In this document: piece by piece, positions 12,649 to 23,012 of the stretch
Layout: each line of letters begins with the position of its first letter
Numbering within the stretch: the stretch's first letter is position 1
Assembly (NCBI GenBank): GCA_038247415.1
Contig: JBBRUX010000006.1
Location: 58,730 to 122,729 of the forward strand
Origin: Chitinivibrionales bacterium
GTDB taxonomy: Bacteria; Fibrobacterota; Chitinivibrionia; Chitinivibrionales; WJKA01
Direction of reading: 5' to 3'
Length of the DNA stretch: 64,000 nt
The notes under the pieces: generated by a model
What the model saw: the letters and a program-made list of their open reading frames with translations, nothing else
The model's database searches: none
Told to the model about the DNA's origin: nothing
Made by a program: the position numbers and the translations under genes

Positions 12649-13776
12649 ATGAGGTTTTTGAGAACCGCATTGTTAGTGGGTATGCTCTTTGGTGCCGCGT
12701 GGGCTCAATCTGATATTTCTGTCCTTAATTTTCCACGTGTAAATTTAGCTGCTGTTATTATTTTGGGTTCAATCATTATTCTTATCATTGGTGGTTTTGT
12801 AGTTTACGAGATTTCGCGCAGGCGACGGCAAGTCAAAGATGAAACTAAAGTAGCGCACTCGATTTTTGAAATCAATGCTCAGCGGGTTGGATTAACCGAT
12901 GAAGAAGCAACCCGGCTTTACCACATTGCTGAAAGCGCCCAGGTTCCGCAAATCAATGATGTGTTTGAACAGATTGCAGTATTCGAAAGAAGCATCGACA
13001 AGGAAGTTACATCCTTTTTATCACGGGGAATTCGCCCAGAAACACGGCTTTTAGAAGAAAAAATTCTCAGCGAAATTAGGAAAAAGCTTAAATTTAATTT
13101 TCTTGAGCTTGAACACCCTCTCGTGTCAACAAGAAATATTTCGCCTGGGCAAATTGTTGCAATTTATACCAAGAATAGTCGGCAGCCCCTCATCCCGCGT
13201 GCACGCGTAACGCGAAATCATGAGTTTTATTGTGCACTTGAATTCGATCCTAAAATGAGTTTGCTCGTTGCTCCGGGAGAAATGATCCGTATTGCATTTA
13301 CACGTCAGAACGATGGAGTATACGGCATTGAAGTCCCAGTTGCTATGGCCGTAAGTGGCGTTATTGAAGTTTACCATACGCTAGAGCTCAAACGACACCA
13401 GATGCGCAAAGATGTTCGCCTTGAGGTTAATCTCCCCTTACGATTTCGTGTTATTCGCCCCATTGATGCTGTGCATACTCAATCATTGGGGGAACAACCG
13501 TTTTCTGCAAAAATCGCCGATATTTCTGGGGGTGGATTAAGTTTTATCTCCGAAAAAGCTCAAAAGTCAGGCGACATTCTTTCTCTTTCATTCTCTGCAG
13601 GCGAGCAGAGCCTTATGAATGGTCTGAAAGCAAAGGTTTTACGCATTGGCCGGCAGAAAAGCGAAAAAGAGCTCTATCGGCACCATGTGCAATTTATTGA
13701 GATAGAAGAGCCTCAACGCGAAAAAATTATCAAGTATATTTTCGAAAAGCAACATCAAATTAATCAGTGGCGTTAA
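12649..13776 (+). CDS. Membrane-anchored PilZ-domain protein (c-di-GMP receptor, flagellar-brake-like)
   Basis: RKDVR (RxxxR) and DISGGG (DxSxxG) motifs; N-terminal hydrophobic segments. Confidence 0.85.
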   Translation: MRFLRTALLVGMLFGAAWAQSDISVLNFPRVNLAAVIILGSIIILIIGGFVVYEISRRRRQVKDETKVAHSIFEINAQRVGLTDEEATRLYHIAESAQVPQINDVFEQIAVFERSIDKEVTSFLSRGIRPETRLLEEKILSEIRKKLKFNFLELEHPLVSTRNISPGQIVAIYTKNSRQPLIPRARVTRNHEFYCALEFDPKMSLLVAPGEMIRIAFTRQNDGVYGIEVPVAMAVSGVIEVYHTLELKRHQMRKDVRLEVNLPLRFRVIRPIDAVHTQSLGEQPFSAKIADISGGGLSFISEKAQKSGDILSLSFSAGEQSLMNGLKAKVLRIGRQKSEKELYRHHVQFIEIEEPQREKIIKYIFEKQHQINQWR

Positions 13777-13918
13777 TTCGTTGTGTTTTCCCTCCTCATA
13801 AAAATCGCATTTCTTTCCAACGCTACCATCCTCTGCAAATAAATTAAACTCCCGCAACTTTTTGGTCGATATAGTATATAGAGCGCTTAATTATTAAGCG
13901 TGTAACCAGGAGGCGGGT

Positions 13919-14095
13919 ATGAATGAATTAAAATTGAATATGATACGTAAAGCACGGGAAGCTTATGCAGATATATTCCCTTGTACCACAAAAGGGAATC
14001 TTGAGGAGTGCTTTACGCTCGAAGGTAATCAGGTATTCTTCTGGTTTAATACTCCCGATAAAACTACCCACATGATGATGAGCGATGTAAAATAA
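13919..14095 (+). CDS. Small 58 aa hypothetical protein, absent from the ORF track
   Basis: AGGAGG RBS then ATG; MNELKLNMIRKAREAYADIFPCTTKGNLEECFTLEGNQVFFWFNTPDKTTHMMMSDVK*. Confidence 0.75.
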   Translation: MNELKLNMIRKAREAYADIFPCTTKGNLEECFTLEGNQVFFWFNTPDKTTHMMMSDVK

Positions 14096-14313
14096 AGGTT
14101 AATAATTGAGAAAACGAATAATGTCTATTTCTTTTATAACCTTATAAACATCGTCCTAACTTGCTAATTTTCTATAATTTAACTCATTTTTTCCTTGCAT
14201 TTTATAATAAAATAGCTATACTATTAATTAAAGATTTAAAACAACAGCGGTAGTTTCTGTTTATCCATTTTTGTTGCGCTACATTTTCTTTACACTCTTT
14301 TAAAGGGGTTAGT

Positions 14314-15840
14314 ATGGGTAATTCTCTGCGAGCGCTTTATTTAAGCGCTTTAATAGCAGCACTTCCGATGTTGTCTTTTGCTCGTAGCGGTATAGTGGAT
14401 ACGTTAAGAGTTCCAAAAGTCCTCTATGTAGCAACAACAGGCAACGACGCGGTTACCTACGCAGCGAATGATCTTACTCATCCTTGGTTAACCTTTGATA
14501 AGGCGCTTAAAAATGTCAAAACCGGGGACAGTGTATTCTTTCGAGCGGGCAATTATCCTGTAGCTGCAATAATCGATATGCATACTATCGGTGCTGATGG
14601 TACTGCTTCAAAACGAATTACCTTCTTGCCTTATAAATCAGAGACTGTGACAATTACCGGCGGAACCGGGGTTGACCCTTTGGTAAAACTCGAAAATAAT
14701 TTTGTAACCGTCTATGGAATGTCGTTTGTGGGTGATGGAAATGGTTTTTTCTTGGGGGAAGATGCTCCGGCAAATAATTTTATTCTTAGACGCTGTTCCT
14801 ATAAGATGAGAGTGGGCGGAGACAATAAGGGGTTTATACATGGGTATGGCAATAACTCATTAAATGCAATTGTTGACAGGTGCGTAATTGTTGGTCCGGG
14901 ATTATATAGTAAAGGAGTGCATGGTAATACCGCAGGAATTATTGTATTTCAAACAGAAGGAGTTAAACTTCTCAATAATGATATATCGAATGTGCCAATT
15001 GGAATTTATTATAAGCATGCAAATATTCAGAGCAAAGTCAATCCAGGAATCGAGATAGCTTATAATTACATACATGGCACAGATCGTTTTGCTATGATGC
15101 TTAATTGCAATCATGCAACAATTCATGATAACCTATTTGGTGCGTCTAATGCCCCCATTGAAACCAACGAAGCTAATGGGGTTCCCGGTGGAGATGGGAA
15201 CATCTTTAGCCATAATACATTCTATGGAGGGGTTTTAGAGCTTTTGTACGACACAAGTCCGGGGGATAGCGTTCCTGGGGCAATTGGAAATATCCTGCGT
15301 AGCAATATTTTTATAAAGGAAACGGGTGCTCATCGCTACGCTTCGGTTTCTCACAAAACTACATCAGATTATAACTATTACCCTGTGGGCAATATCTTTG
15401 CCGAAAATAGGGCCTATTACACATTAAATACTTGGCGAACAAAGGCAAAGACCGACACGCATTCTGTTTCGTCGGCGGTTAGTTTTATTGGTGGCGCAGC
15501 GCCAACATCTATTGCAGGGTTTGTTCTTGCGGGAACCTCTCCTGGCCGTAAAGCAGGGTCGGATGGACTTGATATAGGAGCAAATATTCTTAAGGTTGGG
15601 CCTGATAGTTTAAAGGCAACAACTATCGAATATTTACGCAATGGGATAGAATCGAAAAAACAAAATGGTGGAAGTTCTGATGTGCGCTTTATGTCAATAA
15701 GAAAAAATATGTCAGTGTTCAATGCGATGCCGTTATCGAAGCCACTCTATAATATTTTAGGAAGGTCTTTTGAACGTTCTCAAGCAGAATCGTCCATGGC
15801 ACCGATAGGGACTACAATGCTCCTTGTTGTCCCAGAATAA
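14314..15840 (+). CDS. Secreted right-handed parallel beta-helix protein (polysaccharide lyase-like)
   Basis: Signal peptide; YVATTGND...PWLT...GDSVFFRAGNY N-cap; Asn/Ile-rich beta-helix repeats; GSDGLDIGA motif. Confidence 0.75.
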   Translation: MGNSLRALYLSALIAALPMLSFARSGIVDTLRVPKVLYVATTGNDAVTYAANDLTHPWLTFDKALKNVKTGDSVFFRAGNYPVAAIIDMHTIGADGTASKRITFLPYKSETVTITGGTGVDPLVKLENNFVTVYGMSFVGDGNGFFLGEDAPANNFILRRCSYKMRVGGDNKGFIHGYGNNSLNAIVDRCVIVGPGLYSKGVHGNTAGIIVFQTEGVKLLNNDISNVPIGIYYKHANIQSKVNPGIEIAYNYIHGTDRFAMMLNCNHATIHDNLFGASNAPIETNEANGVPGGDGNIFSHNTFYGGVLELLYDTSPGDSVPGAIGNILRSNIFIKETGAHRYASVSHKTTSDYNYYPVGNIFAENRAYYTLNTWRTKAKTDTHSVSSAVSFIGGAAPTSIAGFVLAGTSPGRKAGSDGLDIGANILKVGPDSLKATTIEYLRNGIESKKQNGGSSDVRFMSIRKNMSVFNAMPLSKPLYNILGRSFERSQAESSMAPIGTTMLLVVPE

Positions 15841-16078
15841 TAGAGTACCACGCGGTAGACTGTAAGGTGATAAAGAGCACCTCTCTTTGAATATTCTTTG
15901 TTACAATGTGCTGTGGTTCTCGCAGCACATTTTCCCTTGTCTGAAAAGCATATGGTTTTGAAAATGTCTGTACTAAGGTATCCGTAGTGGTAGTAAGCGG
16001 ATGCTTGAGGCATTTATTTGTTTTGTTCTATTTGAGCCAATCTGCGTAAACGACACTTTTTATAAAGACTGGTATACC

Positions 16079-17197
16079 ATGGATCAACTTCCAAAAAAGC
16101 CTTTGATGCCTGCACTTGCGGGGCTTAGGGGTGTAGGTGCATTATGGGTTGTTGCAAGCCACATGCAAATTACATTGACAAGCACGAATCCCGGTATTCG
16201 CCATCTGATGTGGCATGGGTGGCTTGCCGTAGATTTCTTTTTCATGCTGAGTGGTTTTGTTATTTCTTATGTATATCTAGAACGGTTTGCAACTCCACAG
16301 AGTTTAAAGAATATGGGGTCTTTTTTATGGGCTCGATTTATTAGAATTTATCCTGCAACAGTGGTTGTTCTATGTTGTCTTTGGCTGCCATGCTTTTTAA
16401 CCCTTAAATATTTACATTTTGATATTGACCCTGAAATTATCACAAAGCAAGGCTTTATTTTGCAGGTGTTGCTTTTAAATGGTTTAGGTTTTATTGATGG
16501 AGGCGGGTGGAATGGACCTTCGTGGGCACTGAGTTCCGAGTTTGTTTTATATTGTGGTTTTCCTTTTATCGCTTTGTACATTGTACGCTTAAAAAGCAAA
16601 GTGGTTTTGTGGGTCCACCTCGCACTCGTGCTTGCAACTGTTATCGGGATTGCATTGGTTCTTTATCATGGAAACAAATTTATGCTAGCGCGGCAATATA
16701 CGCTTATACGGGCATTTTCCGAATTCATTATGGGATGCTTGCTCTATAAAATTTTTAGCCAAAAATCAACCGCATCAAAAACATGGTTGGAAAATCCTTT
16801 TATGCGGAATTGGGCAGGCCTCGTTTCTCTTGGGGTTATTGTCATTATGTCGGTAGTGGTCGTTCATCCATTCTGGCGATTTTTATACCTGATCTTTTTT
16901 GGGATTATTATTTTGTCTGCAGCGCAACCTGGGGTTTTATTTACAAAGCTGTTTTCTAACCCGATCATGCAAAAAATCGGTACCTTATCATTTACTCTAT
17001 ACCTTATCCATTATTTCATATTAAGCATTAACAGAAGTATTCTTAAAAAATTTTTAGTTCGTGATGGGGTAGCAGTTGATATTGGATTCGCGCTTATTTC
17101 GCTCGTTATGATTTTTGCAGGAAGTTGGTTGCTCTATACCTATGTGGAAAAGCCTGCCAAGAAATGGCTTACTGCTAAGCGCCCAAGCTTACAATGA
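16079..17197 (+). CDS. Acyltransferase_3 family membrane O-acyltransferase
   Basis: LAGLRGVGALWVVASH; AVDFFFMLSGFVI; WALSSE; SFTLYLIH; VEKP. Start set to the ATG at 16079. Confidence 0.9.
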   Translation: MDQLPKKPLMPALAGLRGVGALWVVASHMQITLTSTNPGIRHLMWHGWLAVDFFFMLSGFVISYVYLERFATPQSLKNMGSFLWARFIRIYPATVVVLCCLWLPCFLTLKYLHFDIDPEIITKQGFILQVLLLNGLGFIDGGGWNGPSWALSSEFVLYCGFPFIALYIVRLKSKVVLWVHLALVLATVIGIALVLYHGNKFMLARQYTLIRAFSEFIMGCLLYKIFSQKSTASKTWLENPFMRNWAGLVSLGVIVIMSVVVVHPFWRFLYLIFFGIIILSAAQPGVLFTKLFSNPIMQKIGTLSFTLYLIHYFILSINRSILKKFLVRDGVAVDIGFALISLVMIFAGSWLLYTYVEKPAKKWLTAKRPSLQ

Positions 17198-17209
17198 AAC
17201 ACCCCTGTT

Positions 17210-17974
17210 TTATTTCTGATGTATGGGCGCATTGTCAATAGAAATATCTGTTGGAGTTCCTTCTCCAACTGATTTTTTTGCGAGAAAGTATGCGGTAAAC
17301 CCTCCTACAACTACCGCTGTCGCACAAATCCAGGCAATGGAAGATTGCATCAATTGCTTTTTCTCCGATGTATTTGTTGTAGATTCCCGTTGGGTGTCGG
17401 CTGCCCCTCGATCTATCTTCCCTGAGGTTTTGGCACTAGGTTTTATGCTTGGTGGTATAATGGCAACATTCGGGGATGCAAGGGAAATAGATGTTTCTAA
17501 AAGATTCTTTACCATTGCAGCAAGCGCTTGGGATTGTTGCATACTTGGAATAGCACTCATTCGGCTGGTGGTAGATTTAAGAATCTTCTTGTTGACAACA
17601 TCAACAAGAAGAAGCGATAGGACAATGGAATTCTGAGTTTTGTTTGCGTACCCTCCGATTGTGATTTGGGCATAGAGATAGTTTCCGTAATCCACAAGAC
17701 ACGAGAGCGTTGAACAGGGCTTAAAAGAAGCGATATACTGAGCTGCTAAAATCTGGTCTGTCAATGCTTTGTCTAAAAGGATCCACCGCTGATCGGATTT
17801 GACTGTGGTTCTTATTTGTTCCGAAAGTGCAATTGTTTCTTTCTTTGAAAGTGTCTTCGAGTTTACCAGGTCAGAAACGGCGAGTACATTTTGGGCATTC
17901 ACTAAATCTACAAAAAGCACTAAGAACGCAAAGATGCTTAAGCAAAATATCCGTGTTTTGGTTTTCATAGGCAA
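17210..17974 (-). CDS. Secreted/membrane hypothetical protein with a CsgG-like N-terminal region and a C-terminal TM segment
   Basis: Signal peptide; LAVSDL...CSTLSCLVDYG pattern; C-terminal hydrophobic helix. Confidence 0.5.
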   Translation of the reverse strand: MPMKTKTRIFCLSIFAFLVLFVDLVNAQNVLAVSDLVNSKTLSKKETIALSEQIRTTVKSDQRWILLDKALTDQILAAQYIASFKPCSTLSCLVDYGNYLYAQITIGGYANKTQNSIVLSLLLVDVVNKKILKSTTSRMSAIPSMQQSQALAAMVKNLLETSISLASPNVAIIPPSIKPSAKTSGKIDRGAADTQRESTTNTSEKKQLMQSSIAWICATAVVVGGFTAYFLAKKSVGEGTPTDISIDNAPIHQK

Positions 17975-20900
17975 ACCAGTTGTTTGGTAAAAATAAGAAC
18001 TTTCTTCGTTGTTTCTTCGATACGATACGAAAGAAAATAGGTGCCAGCGGACACTTGAGTTCCATGAAGGTTATGTAGCATAATCGTATGCTTATACATG
18101 CCCGGGGCAGGTGCATCTTGTACAAACCGATAGACCATTTGCCCTTTGGTGTTAAGCAACATAAGGGTTACTTTGTGTACGGGGATGAATGGGACGTTAT
18201 AATGGACGGTAATATGATTAACAAAGGGATTTGGGTAAACATGACTAAGACCGGGTGGTTGCCTCAATATCGATGAAAAGGATGTAAGGTAGGATGTGGA
18301 TCCTGCAGCTAGAAATACAAATTGTTCTTCTTGTGGGGCAATACATTGGTAAGCCGATTTGATGAGGGTCATGAGACCTGATTCCTTCTGAGTAAATAAT
18401 GCCGTGGAGTAACCTTGTGGAAAGTTATACCGATCTGGTGTTGAAAGATTAATTTGTTGGGTGGTTGATCCATTATTGACAATCTTTATGCACGCAAACA
18501 GACCATCCTTTAATCTTTTTTCTGTAAAAAGATTCCCACATGCATGCTTGGATTGTAAATCAAAAAATGTAACAGAAAGTGGCCCAAGAGAGGGTGGTGG
18601 GGGGTATTCTCGTTTTTGCAGTGCTTCATCCCCTCCACCTAGGTACAGTGTGGATAATGGTTTGTTATCGCTCACAGAACAGAGAACCTTAACATTCCAC
18701 CCTGATTTTTGATTGTCTGCTGAGAGCCTTTTTTGCAGCCCACCTTGGGTAGTGCACGTTGGCGGGATATAAAGTGTTACAGGAGAGTGCCCCTCGTAGA
18801 AAAACGCATAAGGATTAGAACTCCCTGCCAGCATAGTTGTATCGAGACTATTTTTCCCTGGCATGTTGGGGAGAAATAGTGGTTCTGTTATGTAACTTTG
18901 CCCAATTTTATTCCACTTGTAAACATTCAGTGAATCGAAGATAGTTTGTTGAATTTGTTTACCGCTTGCCAACGCGATGCTTTTTAATGATATGGGGAAA
19001 TTAAATGGCAGTGAGAAATCTGTCCAATCGGAGGCTGCAATTTTTTGCGCAAAAGTGTCGGTGAGAGATGGTGTAATGGCGGGCCCAAAATGCGCACTTC
19101 TGGCGTGGGCCGATTTAAGCCATAAAACCTGGCCGGGAACGAGATTAAATTGTGAATCTGCACTCGTGCTATATTCGGCATACTCTACTTGCGGGCTTGT
19201 TTGGGTGGGGTATGAATTCCACTTTAGCAATCGCCCTTCTTTTTTATCGTACGAGCCATTGCTAAAGACAGAAGAAAGGGCAAAGAGAGCTCTTGTAGAA
19301 TCTGGTTTAGCTGTAACACTTATCGGAGTCCAGGTTAATTCGGGAATAGCAATATCATCACAATTAGTAGCAGTACGTTTGACGGGTCGGGAAAACTTTA
19401 GCGTATCTGAATCGGTGCTGTTGGTTAGTATAAGAAATGCCCCAAAGCCAGAGCATTCGCTCATTAATACCGCAGGCACGTGGATCTGGATCGCATTCTG
19501 ATTGTTGGGTAGTGAGATAAATTGTGCCCCAGCACCAGAGATTTCTTCAGGTTTTTGCGAACCGGTTCCAGCAAACAAACGTAAAGCAATTTCTGCGGAA
19601 TTTTTGTTGACTATAAGGGTATCAAGCCAATCAGTTGAAGCATTTATTGCTTTGGATTCCTGATTGGTTGCTGGAATCTCGAAAGAGAATATTGACACAG
19701 TAAAAGGATCTGAAAGGCCATTAGGTCCTCGTGCAAAAACAACGATGCTATCAGTAGATAGTGATAAGAGCTTTCCCGTTATAATTCCTGTATTCGTGTC
19801 AAGGACTAGGCCAGCAGGTGAATCTGGTGCTGAGTATGAAATCGGGTTGCCGATTGCCTCAATCTGATAAAAAAAAAGTTGCCAAGGGGTGCAATAACCA
19901 TGGGTTTTCCAATAATGACGGGTACTGTAGATTGGGTGATTTTTATAGTTAGGGCAAAAGGAGCCGATGCACCGTTTCTGTTGTAGGCACTTGTAGTTAT
20001 TACAAAGATGCCAGTATCTGTGGGGGTTCCAGTAATTTTTCCTAGGATTGTGTCAAGAATGAGTCCTTTAGGAAGCGCTGAAGAAGAAAAACGAGTGGGC
20101 TTACATGAAGCGATAATGGCATAAGAGAATGCAAGATCCTTGATTCCAAAGGCTTTTGACTGGCTTGTAATGAGTGGTTTCGCTTTTGATATGCGATATA
20201 CATCTGCACCCATATCACGACCGTCGCTTGCTCCTTTTAAAGCACCTCCGCCAATAATTTCGAAATCTTCTATGGAAGTGAATCTTTTAGAATAATTTGC
20301 AAAGCGTGGACTTTCCTGAATGGAGTTTTTATCTTGTGTGGGTGCATGTGCTTTCCATTGAGAGAGCGAATAGGTTTGATCAAATTCGCGGAAAATGGTT
20401 GTTCCATCGGTATTAAAATATGAATTATAATTTGAAATAGTCTTATGGACAAGGCCTTGGGTCGCTCCGCCTAGATTAATATGAGGCCAGATTGCCGCTT
20501 CTCCAAGTTCATTATTAACGCCTGCGGTTATATTATTGATGAGAGTGTCGGCCATTGCCCCTTGTTCACCAGACATGCCCAGTTGGCCACCCCAATTAAT
20601 AACAATGCTATTTGTAAAGTTGTAGATTGTGTTGTGTTCGATCCTGCAATTGCTTCCGCCAGTTCCACCAGCGTCTTCCCAAATGTTAATGCCATAAACG
20701 CTTTCCTGATTTGAAGGTGGAATATTGACAATAAGATTATTATAGGCATAAATGCGGTCTGTTGAAAGCATTAAAGCAGAAGTTTTACAGCCATGAATAT
20801 AATTGTCGTGAATTTGACATTGGTACTGGGCCGTACCGCGGTGCTTGTAAAAAATGCCACTCGAGAACAAGCTGATATCATTGTTGTAAATTTCGTAGTT

Positions 20901-21566
20901 GCCATCGCCGTAGAAAATCAGGATCCCGCAATAATTAAGATTGTCGGTACCGCGGCCTATCATGGTGCAGCCCCGAATAATAATTTTTCCTCGGGCCGAT
21001 TCGTTTATCATTACGCATGCAGAATTATCTGGAGAGATGCGCTGTTTGAGGTATTCGAAACGGCAATTGCTGATAGTAATGTTTTTGGTAGGATAATCGC
21101 TCCCAAGCCAGATGCTAGTTCTATATGCATTGATAAAGCGGATGCTATCTATGACTATGTTTGAATCCGGTCCACCAAGACCTAGGTTAAAAATCCCTCC
21201 TAAATTACCTATTCCCATAGCGGTATCGCCATTAATGGTAGCCATTTCTCCCGGATATGAGCGAATGACAATAGGGGCAGCAGTTGTTCCACTATTCCCA
21301 ATACGAATATCGTTCTCATGATATTCCCCTCCTCGTAAATAGAGAGTGTCACCAGCTTTAATCGGGGATGGATTTGTAGAAGAAACTTTACAACCCGCAG
21401 TTCCACCACACGTTGCAAAAGCTATAGATTGCCAGGGCTTTGCTAAGGTTCCAGGATTGGAATTTGCTCCGCTTGGCGATACATATTGAGCTTTGCCACA
21501 AATTATTGAGGCTGACACTAAAAGAATGAGAATACCAAACTTTAGGTGAGTTGTTGCCTTTGCCAT
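17965..21566 (-). pseudogene. Large secreted beta-helix + Ig-like (He_PIG) protein with C-terminal sorting domain, split by a frameshift in an A9 tract
   Basis: ORF 19806-21566 (beta-helix, LPKGLILDTILGKITGTP) continues after the A9 at 19869-19877 in another frame (YQIEAIGNPISYSAPDSPAGLVLDTNTGIITGK) into ORF 17965-19698, which ends in YPNPF...GTYF. Confidence 0.8.
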
Positions 21567-23012
21567 TTATTTCCCCATAAGCTTTTTAAGGTCACGAAAC
21601 GATTGTTTTTCAAACAGAAAAATGTAGGCTCCAAATATGATGCTGCCTGTTATAAGCATTTGAAAAAAATCTGAATGATACGAATGCTGTGTAGGATGAA
21701 TTGCTCCAATAAGAAACCGTACTACATAAATAGCAGCAATAATAGCCACTGAAACAAAAAGTGAACTTGAAATTTTACTAAAATATTCACGAATAGGGAT
21801 AACATTCCGATGGAGTGTGAATATAATCCAACTCAAGCATATCAAACTGTATAAGTACATCCAGGGGATTGTGAGAGCTGCAAAACTGTGCCGAGCGGCA
21901 AAGAAAATTGCCAGAGGCATGAGAATTGTTTTCACAATGCTGAGGCGAAAAAGTAGGTATGTCCTGCCTTTGGCAGTATGAAGTAAATTTGCCATTTCGC
22001 AGAGAGAGTCAAAAAGCTTGGCAATACTAAAAGCTTTAAAAAATGGAATTGCCGGCGCCCAGGTTGGTCCCCCAATAGTCAATACTATTTCGGCCCCAAA
22101 AAAGAAGCAGCTAATAAAAAGAGGTATCATAATAAGAGAATAATATCGAGTCACTTGCAGGAAAAGTGTGTGACACCGTTCTTCGTTATCTTGATAGCGT
22201 GAGAAGAGCGGAAAAAGGATCTGCTGAAATATAGGCCATATTTTATCGAGAGGAAAACTTGCAAAGGTTACTGCATATCCATAAAATCCAACAAATGTCG
22301 CATTGAAAAATCGTCCAACAATAACTTTATCGAGAGTTTCGAATATTTTAAGTAATGAGGATGAACCTGCAAGATTAATACCAAAACGCAGGAATGGTTT
22401 TGCTTCCTGAAATGAATAATGCAATGAGGGCCGCCATTTTGAAGCAATGAACATTCCGAGCACTTTGGTGATGCGAAGGGTTATTACACCAATGATAAGC
22501 GTATAAACACCAAATCCATTGAGTGCTAGAGGAATAATAACCGCATTTGAAACGAGCATACTGATTATATTGATGATACCAATTTTTTTAAAGCCAAAAT
22601 CTCTCTTAAGTAAATTAAAGGGCACCGTCATTGTCGAGCCAATGATAAAAAGGGGTGCAATTAAAAATGTCACGGGGATTGTGCGTGGTTCTTTCATGAT
22701 ATACGAAGTAGGGTACGCAAGTGCAAAGCAGGAGATGCTTAAGAGGAGGCCTGTCCCTAATGAAAACCAGAAAATGCTAGAGAGGTTTTTTTGTGTGATC
22801 TCTTTTTTTTGAACAATTGCCGATCCTAAGCCAAATTCGCTGAATATTTCCATATACGCTGTTAATATTGCAGCCATGGTCATAAGCCCATAGTCTTCGG
22901 GTTTAAGCAACCGTAGCACCACCATAGTAAACACCCACGAGAGTGTTTGAGAAACAATGGTGAGGGATGCAAACCAAGCTCCACTTTTTGCAGCTTGTTT
23001 TTCTAATGACAG
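21567..23012 (-). CDS. wzx: Wzx-type polysaccharide flippase
   Basis: LRLLKPEDYGL; EFGLGSAIVQK; many TM segments. Likely start is CTG at 23012 behind AAGGA. Confidence 0.9.
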   Translation of the reverse strand: MSLEKQAAKSGAWFASLTIVSQTLSWVFTMVVLRLLKPEDYGLMTMAAILTAYMEIFSEFGLGSAIVQKKEITQKNLSSIFWFSLGTGLLLSISCFALAYPTSYIMKEPRTIPVTFLIAPLFIIGSTMTVPFNLLKRDFGFKKIGIINIISMLVSNAVIIPLALNGFGVYTLIIGVITLRITKVLGMFIASKWRPSLHYSFQEAKPFLRFGINLAGSSSLLKIFETLDKVIVGRFFNATFVGFYGYAVTFASFPLDKIWPIFQQILFPLFSRYQDNEERCHTLFLQVTRYYSLIMIPLFISCFFFGAEIVLTIGGPTWAPAIPFFKAFSIAKLFDSLCEMANLLHTAKGRTYLLFRLSIVKTILMPLAIFFAARHSFAALTIPWMYLYSLICLSWIIFTLHRNVIPIREYFSKISSSLFVSVAIIAAIYVVRFLIGAIHPTQHSYHSDFFQMLITGSIIFGAYIFLFEKQSFRDLKKLMGK

